A stretch of DNA of 64,000 nt, taken from positions 320,001-384,000 of the forward strand of contig CAVPXM010000055.1 of NCBI GenBank assembly GCA_963709405.1. The letters are read 5' to 3'. The stretch is from an uncultured Nitrososphaerales archaeon (GTDB lineage Archaea; Thermoproteota; Nitrososphaeria; Nitrososphaerales; Nitrososphaeraceae). The stretch's first letter is position 1. Every line of letters starts with the position of its first letter. Below the pieces are notes generated by a model. That model searched no databases. It was not told the DNA's origin and saw only the letters and a list, made by a program, of their open reading frames with translations. A program made the position numbers and the translations under genes. This document shows, piece after piece, positions 58,045-64,000 of this stretch.

Positions 58045-58984
58045 GTGAATCCATATAGAAATCAGAATAAGGTTTAATCTAATACACGAAAAAGAATGGA
58101 CTGGTGATACCATATGTAATATTTGTAAGAGATATGGTGTATCCAGAAAGACTTACTACAAGTGGAATAATAGATACAAGCAGAAAGGGATAGAAGGCCT
58201 ATCAGATAACTCCAGAAGGCCTCATAAAATCAACTACAGGAAGGTAACACCAGAAGTAGAAGAGACTATACTTGATCTACGATTAACTAAGAGATTTGGA
58301 TGTAATAGGATCAAATTTCGACTAAAAAGAATCATTGGAATCTCATTAAGCACCCGAACTATATACAAGATACTAAAGACACATTGTCTTAATATCCTCA
58401 TGTGTAAGGCCAAAGCAAGAACTTACAAACGGTTTGTCATGAAGCATCCAAATGATATGGTGCAAGTGGATATCCTTGGCCCTTTCTATCTGAGTAATTC
58501 CAGTCAAAGGAATTACATCATTAGTTGCTTAGATGATTGTTCTAGGAAGGTAGCTAGCAAGTGGTCCGAAAGAAAGAGGTCAGTGGATGTTCTTAATGTA
58601 TTAGAGGACTGGATAATGATTAATGGTAAGCCTAAGATGATGATGCATGATAACGGTAAACAGTTTACATCCAGAATATTCAGACATTTCCTTATACATA
58701 ATCAGATAAAAGATAAGCAAATACCAAAATCATACCCGCAGTTACAGGGAAAAGTAGAAGCATATAACAAGATTGTAAAGAGTGAATTCATAGCATTAGA
58801 AGATATACCAAACATAGACGATGGTAAACAAAGATACGACATGTTTGTTAAAGCATATAACGAAACCAGAGAACATGGAGGCATAAATGGTCTTACTCCA
58901 TCGGAGATGTTCCTACAAAGGTTAATTACATCCAGTACACATACGAGAACTAAACAGAAAAGTGTAACCCATGTAGGTAATTGA
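58045..58984 (+). CDS. IS481-family transposase (start disrupted by an indel)
   Basis: HTH (ICKRYGVSRKTYYKW) in frame with rve core QVDI, LDDCSR, HDNGKQF, GKVE. Confidence 0.85.
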
Positions 58985-60165
58985 GGCTTGGGCATATTCC
59001 AGATCCATATTTTATGTCTATAATGAATTAGAATAAAGCTATCCTTTGAGTGTCTGAATTTGTGATGAAACATAATCAAACATTCCCAAAGGATAGCATA
59101 TGATGGTAGTAAATGTGAATCTATTCTTTTTAGTATTCTGTACTTGATAGGTTCGATACCGTGGTCAGAATCGCAAAAGGGAAGAAGGGGCAGACCATAT
59201 GTCTATTCTCCTACTGTAATTCTGAGATGTTTCATAGTTAGGCTATGGTTTAGACTGGATTCTAACAATGCATTACATGAATTCCTAGAATTGGATTATC
59301 CTTACAATAAGAAGAAGATAATGAAAAGATGTGGTCTTACCCAAATACCAGACAGGCGAACATTTGACAGACGACTTAAGACCATATCCATAGACATCAA
59401 AAAAAGGATTACTATCATGACCTGCATGTTTGTATGCGAAAAGATGATAGATCCATACATTGTTGCAATAGATAGTACTTTACTGAAAGCCAAAGGACAT
59501 GTTTGGCACAAATCATCTATGAACAAAGGTATAGTACCACGTTCTGGCATAGATACTGACGCAAGATGGGGATTCAGCCATGCTAAAGGATGGATATTTG
59601 GTTACAAACTACATATGATATCAAGTACTGGTTCCATCATAGTCCCATTAGGAGCAGATTTTACAACTGCTAATGTACAAGATAATCAAATGTACAATCC
59701 GATGATATCAACATCATCATCATCTCTGTCTCCAGAAACATGTTTCATGATAGGCGATTCTGGGTATGACGACCATAAACTATATGACTTGAGTACTAAA
59801 AGAGGATTTGAACTGGTATGTCCAGTACAAAGATATGAACATACCCCTACTGACAGACTTGAGCTGATACAATTCTATGAATCTGAGTTAGGACAGGCTA
59901 TTTACTCTTGGAGAAGTAAATCGATAGAACCACTAATAGAACATATTAAATCTGTTTTTAGAATAGACCCATTACCAGTAAGAGGCTACCAGAAGGCTGC
60001 TGGAACAGGACTTCTGTCAGTACTACTACTATATCAGATCCTTGTCTACTACAATTATAAAACCAGACGTAGTCAACGACCAAAATCAATCAAACACATG
60101 TTATGTAGTTAATATGTTACTAAATAATATATGAAAAATATAGAATTCAATTATGTCCAAGCCTC
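58983..60165 (+). mobile_element. DDE_Tnp_1-type IS nested inside IS481
   Basis: TIR GAGGCTTGGGCATA / TATGTCCAAGCCTC; 8-bp TSD AGGTAATT at 58975-58982 and 60166-60173. Confidence 0.88.
59144..60112 (+). CDS. DDE transposase (IS4/IS5-superfamily-like)
   Basis: AIDST, GYKLH, GDSGYD, YSWRSKSIEPL. Confidence 0.88.
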   Translation: MIGSIPWSESQKGRRGRPYVYSPTVILRCFIVRLWFRLDSNNALHEFLELDYPYNKKKIMKRCGLTQIPDRRTFDRRLKTISIDIKKRITIMTCMFVCEKMIDPYIVAIDSTLLKAKGHVWHKSSMNKGIVPRSGIDTDARWGFSHAKGWIFGYKLHMISSTGSIIVPLGADFTTANVQDNQMYNPMISTSSSSLSPETCFMIGDSGYDDHKLYDLSTKRGFELVCPVQRYEHTPTDRLELIQFYESELGQAIYSWRSKSIEPLIEHIKSVFRIDPLPVRGYQKAAGTGLLSVLLLYQILVYYNYKTRRSQRPKSIKHMLCS

Positions 60166-60936
60166 AGGTAATTAGAAATGTAACCTATCCGTGCAGGTAC
60201 AACAACTAGTAATGTAGTTCTCAGACTGTCATAGGAGTACTATAATCCCTGAGGCCCTGTTTTTAGACCTTATAGAATCCTGCAAGTATCAGTTCTGGTC
60301 TAGTACGAAGAAATAACATATCATAAGTGAATTGTGATATTCAATGTCAATAAGACGAATGGATTAGGACCTTCGGACGGCGATCTAAGGAACTCACAAG
60401 ACAACTGATTGATAACTGTGATTATTTCAATACTCAGGAATCTGAGCTAATTCTTATTCTTCCCGCTAAATTAAGAAAATCCTGGTATGCTACGAACTTG
60501 AGCATAAAATAATTCAATTCCATCATACATGTTGGTGGATCATGCGAAATGCTTAACTTTAATTGTTTACAAATCATTCATTCTTCATAGGTCATTGTCC
60601 CAACATTGAGCTAACTCGACCTACTTAGGAACAATGAAGTTCTGACTAGCTTGCTTATAACAAGTTTTAGTGACAGGTATCGAATTTTTCTCAATCTTTT
60701 TCAAATATCATTGTTTGAGATTGTATCACTTTTAATAGTTCCAACTCTTTCAGGTAACAAACTAACATTTATGGTAGGGTTAGTACTACGCACTAGAATC
60801 ATCTCACATTAGGTTTGAGTGATGACTATACCATGGATGCGCCTTATGACCAGCCCAATGTATTGATATTAATCCTCTTCCGTTTGAACAGATTGTGTTA
60901 AAAGTAATATGTATCTAGTCACAATAATATTGAGAT

Positions 60937-62004
60937 TTGAGAAGAGACAAGATAACTTACAAAAGTACTGGTATTGACATTAATAAGATACACAGAGTTC
61001 AAAACTCCATCGGAAAAATAGTATCATTATCTCATTCATTCCTAACTTACGGCAAAGTAATATCAGGATTTGGGCATTATGCTGGACTAATAGAATTTGA
61101 TAATAAGATCTTTGCCCTGCATACTGATGGGGTAGGAACAAAAATAATTGTTTCTCAAATGATGGATCGTTTTGACACCGTTGGGATAGATTGTATCGCA
61201 ATGAATGTAAATGATATTATTTGCGTTGGCGCGGTACCTGGTGGATTTGTTGACTATATTGCTGTAAGAATTCCAGACTCCACACTTCTCAGAAACATTA
61301 CTATCGGTCTTGTAAAGGGCGCGAAGGAAGCTAATGTGCCAATCATCGGTGGAGAAACAGCAGTTGTTCCCGATCTTTTAGCAGACAACAATAACGCAAA
61401 AACATTTGATTTAGTTGGTATGGCGTTTGGAGTTGTTCAAAATAAAAATGAGTTGATATTGGGCAATAAAATTAGGAAAGGAGATGCTATCTTGGGTATA
61501 GAAAGCAGCGGGCTTCATTCAAATGGGTATACGCTCGCACGAAAGGTTCTCCTATCAAGACACTCTATCAATCACTTCATGAACGACATGAATCAGACGA
61601 TCGGGGATATGATGCTTACACCTACGAGGATATATGTTCGTGCAATAATTGAATTAATCAAAAAAAATAAAACGCCTGTTCACGGTCTATTACACGTAAC
61701 CGGAGGATCATTTACGAAGTTCTCCAGGCTCAATAAGGCCGTGGATTATAAGCTCGACAACTTACCTGCACCGGCTGGCATATTCGATCTAATTCAGAGA
61801 GAGGGACATATTCAAACTAAGGAAATGTACAGAACCTTTAACATGGGAATCGGATATTGCATCGTACTTCCGCAATCTCATGTTGATAATGCCATTGACA
61901 TAATTGAAAAGCATGGAATGTGGTGCAGTCGTATTGGACACGTAGAGGGGCAAGGTACTGGCCAAGTTCAGGTTAGAGTGTTGGACAGAAATTTCACTCT
62001 ATAG
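60937..62004 (+). CDS. purM: Phosphoribosylformylglycinamidine cyclo-ligase
   Basis: TDGVGTK, AMNVND, GGETA, SSGLHSNGY, HVTGG, TFNMGIG. Confidence 0.96.
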   Translation: MRRDKITYKSTGIDINKIHRVQNSIGKIVSLSHSFLTYGKVISGFGHYAGLIEFDNKIFALHTDGVGTKIIVSQMMDRFDTVGIDCIAMNVNDIICVGAVPGGFVDYIAVRIPDSTLLRNITIGLVKGAKEANVPIIGGETAVVPDLLADNNNAKTFDLVGMAFGVVQNKNELILGNKIRKGDAILGIESSGLHSNGYTLARKVLLSRHSINHFMNDMNQTIGDMMLTPTRIYVRAIIELIKKNKTPVHGLLHVTGGSFTKFSRLNKAVDYKLDNLPAPAGIFDLIQREGHIQTKEMYRTFNMGIGYCIVLPQSHVDNAIDIIEKHGMWCSRIGHVEGQGTGQVQVRVLDRNFTL

Positions 62005-62389
62005 CGTTATGAAATTCGTATCAAGCGCACTGATGAATGACTCTAAACATTAGATGAATAGCTGATTATCTAGTTCGCAAACTATTGTAGAATGCTCCAG
62101 ATACGGCAGCGCAGTACATTACCTGAATATTAGATGCAATTGAGTCCATTTTAGCATCTCTGATAGCTGCAGTTGGTCGCTATCTCATTCTGTCGGCTCC
62201 GAAGTAATTCACAAATGGCCACTATCGTATTAGATGGCATGGAAGGAAAAATGAACGGTAATCAACTGGACATAGTCAGTTATCTGCTAATTCGAGCGCT
62301 CGAATGAACAGATCTAGATCAAAAGATTGATCTACGATTAATTCGACAAACAAAAATTAATATTAATTGTGCCAACCAATTCTGCATAA

Positions 62390-64000
62390 TTGGAAACTAA
62401 AACGCAATCAAAAAACTCTTCAGATCCCAAGCCAGGTCAGTCAATGGCATATGTCCTGGCTTGTAACGAGATTGCCATGAAGATGGTCAAGAAGCCAAAC
62501 ATGACAATGCCTGAAATATTAAAGATATTAAGAGAAACATCATCTTCATATCATTTAAATTCATTACCAAAATATGAAAATATAATTCAATTCCTACCGT
62601 ATGACAGCAAGTATCGAAAAACTCTCATGGTCAGACCCATTAAAAGTGCGTCTGGAGTTGCCGTCATTGCGGTGATGCCAAAACCATATGAATGCCCGCA
62701 TGGACGCTGTATCTACTGTCCTGGTGGTGTCGAGTATAATACACCACTCAGTTACACTGGCTCTGAACCCTCTACTAGAATCGCGCAGAGGTCAAATTAT
62801 GACTCATTCGATCAGGTAGTGCATAAGTCTACATCAGTTAAAATCCCGAGGACATAGTATAAGCAAAATAGAGTTGGTCCTAGTTGGAGGAACGTTTCCG
62901 TTTTTGCCTGATGAATACCAACGCGAGTTTGTCAAAGGATGTTTTGATGCTCTGAATTCCTTTGAAAATAATTGTGATCCTTCAGGTGCTTCAAGTGGAC
63001 TTGACGAAGCAATGAAATCGAACGAAACAAGCGGATCGAGATGTGTAGGACTGACCGTTGAAACAAAGCCGGATTATTGTAAGCATAGGCAGGTCGAATT
63101 ACTTCTCGAACTTGGTGTTACTAGAGTAGAGATCGGGGTTCAGTCGCTGCGAGACAATGTTTACCGTAAGGTTAATCGCGGACACACATTAAAGGATGTA
63201 ATAGAGTCCTTCCAAATTGCAAGAGATGCTGGGTTCAAGATTGTGGCTCATATGATGCCAGGACTACCTTATTCTACTCCAGAAAATGACATTGCTGATT
63301 TCAAGACTCTGTTTTATGATCCCGCATTTAGGCCTGATATGGTCAAGGTTTATCCTACGCTTGTTTTGGAAGGTACTGGGCTATTCAATCTATATCAGTC
63401 TGGTAAATATAAGGCATATACTGACGAGGATATGTTAAAAATTTTGATTCAAGTAAAGAAGATAGTCCCTCCGTGGGTCAGGATTATGCGAATTCAACGA
63501 GAAATTGAGTCGAAAGACATACGAGGTGGGCCTAAAAGTGGAAACCTAAGACAAATTGCATCACAAGAATTAAAGAAGATTGGCTTAAAATGTAAATGCA
63601 TCCGGTGTAGAGAGGTTGGACTTCAAGACGGAAATCGATATTTGTCTAGAGACGAAGCGATTCTCAACAGACTTGATTATTCTGCATCTAATGGTCAAGA
63701 GGTTTTTCTGTCATTTGAAAATCAAGATAGGTCAATCATTCTAGGTTTTTTGCGTTTGCGGCATACTCGTAATCCTCACGTAAAAGCATTGCACACAAAT
63801 AACGATAATGGCGCAGCTGTCGTTAGAGAAATACATGTTTACGGACAGGCCATTGATGTGGGGCAAAAGACTGACTCTGATAAATACCAACATAAAGGGT
63901 TTGGACTCGGTCTGCTATGCGAAGCTGAGAGAATAGCCATGGATGAATTTGGCACCAAGAGATTGTCAGTCATAAGTGCGGTTGGTACAAGGGAATATTA
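62390..64000 (+). CDS. elp3: Elp3 tRNA uridine(34) acetyltransferase (frameshift near 62830; runs off window)
   Basis: SASGVAVIAVM, CPHGRCIYCPGG; then GGTF, ETKPD, VEIGVQ, KVYPTLV, RIQREI, VREIHVYG, QHKGFG in a second frame. Confidence 0.92.

Larger units (their letters stand above)
57981..60204 (+). mobile_element. IS481-family element carrying a nested IS
   Basis: Ends TGTTGTAC...GTACAACA; 6-bp TSD ACTAGT at 57975-57980 and 60205-60210. Confidence 0.9.

Noticed and set aside
62800-62870. Programmed frameshift in elp3 or other split genes
   Set aside because: No consistent slippery heptamer; the window-wide indel pattern is better explained by sequence error

Overview
Core genes and gene families (thiC, ArsA/GET3, COG1361 S-layer-type proteins, Lrp/AsnC, LLM oxidoreductase, moaA, tatC, purM, Elp3) suggest an AT-rich soil ammonia-oxidising archaeon of Nitrososphaeraceae type; this is an inference from protein families. 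An accessory region at about 13-39.6 kb holds three sharply GC-rich, bacterial-looking segments: oleate hydratase 1 with a truncated SphA-like gene, a hypothetical/DUF4331-like/DyP peroxidase operon, and oleate hydratase 2. A moderately GC-rich transhydrogenase-like flavoprotein also lies in this region. Each GC-rich segment begins directly behind a near-identical 120-177 bp AT-rich cassette carrying a palindrome, TATA-like box, SD-like motif and ATG ACG AGT start, which looks like a reused expression module for foreign genes. A 71-bp imperfect direct repeat brackets the whole cargo block. The right part has a molybdenum/Tat cluster, decayed mobile-element debris and a nested IS481/DDE IS pair; an IS903-like IS5 element lies at 35.6-36.6 kb. 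Many genes, including Elp3, carry single frameshifts that are probably sequencing or assembly indels. No rRNA, tRNA or CRISPR array was recognised.
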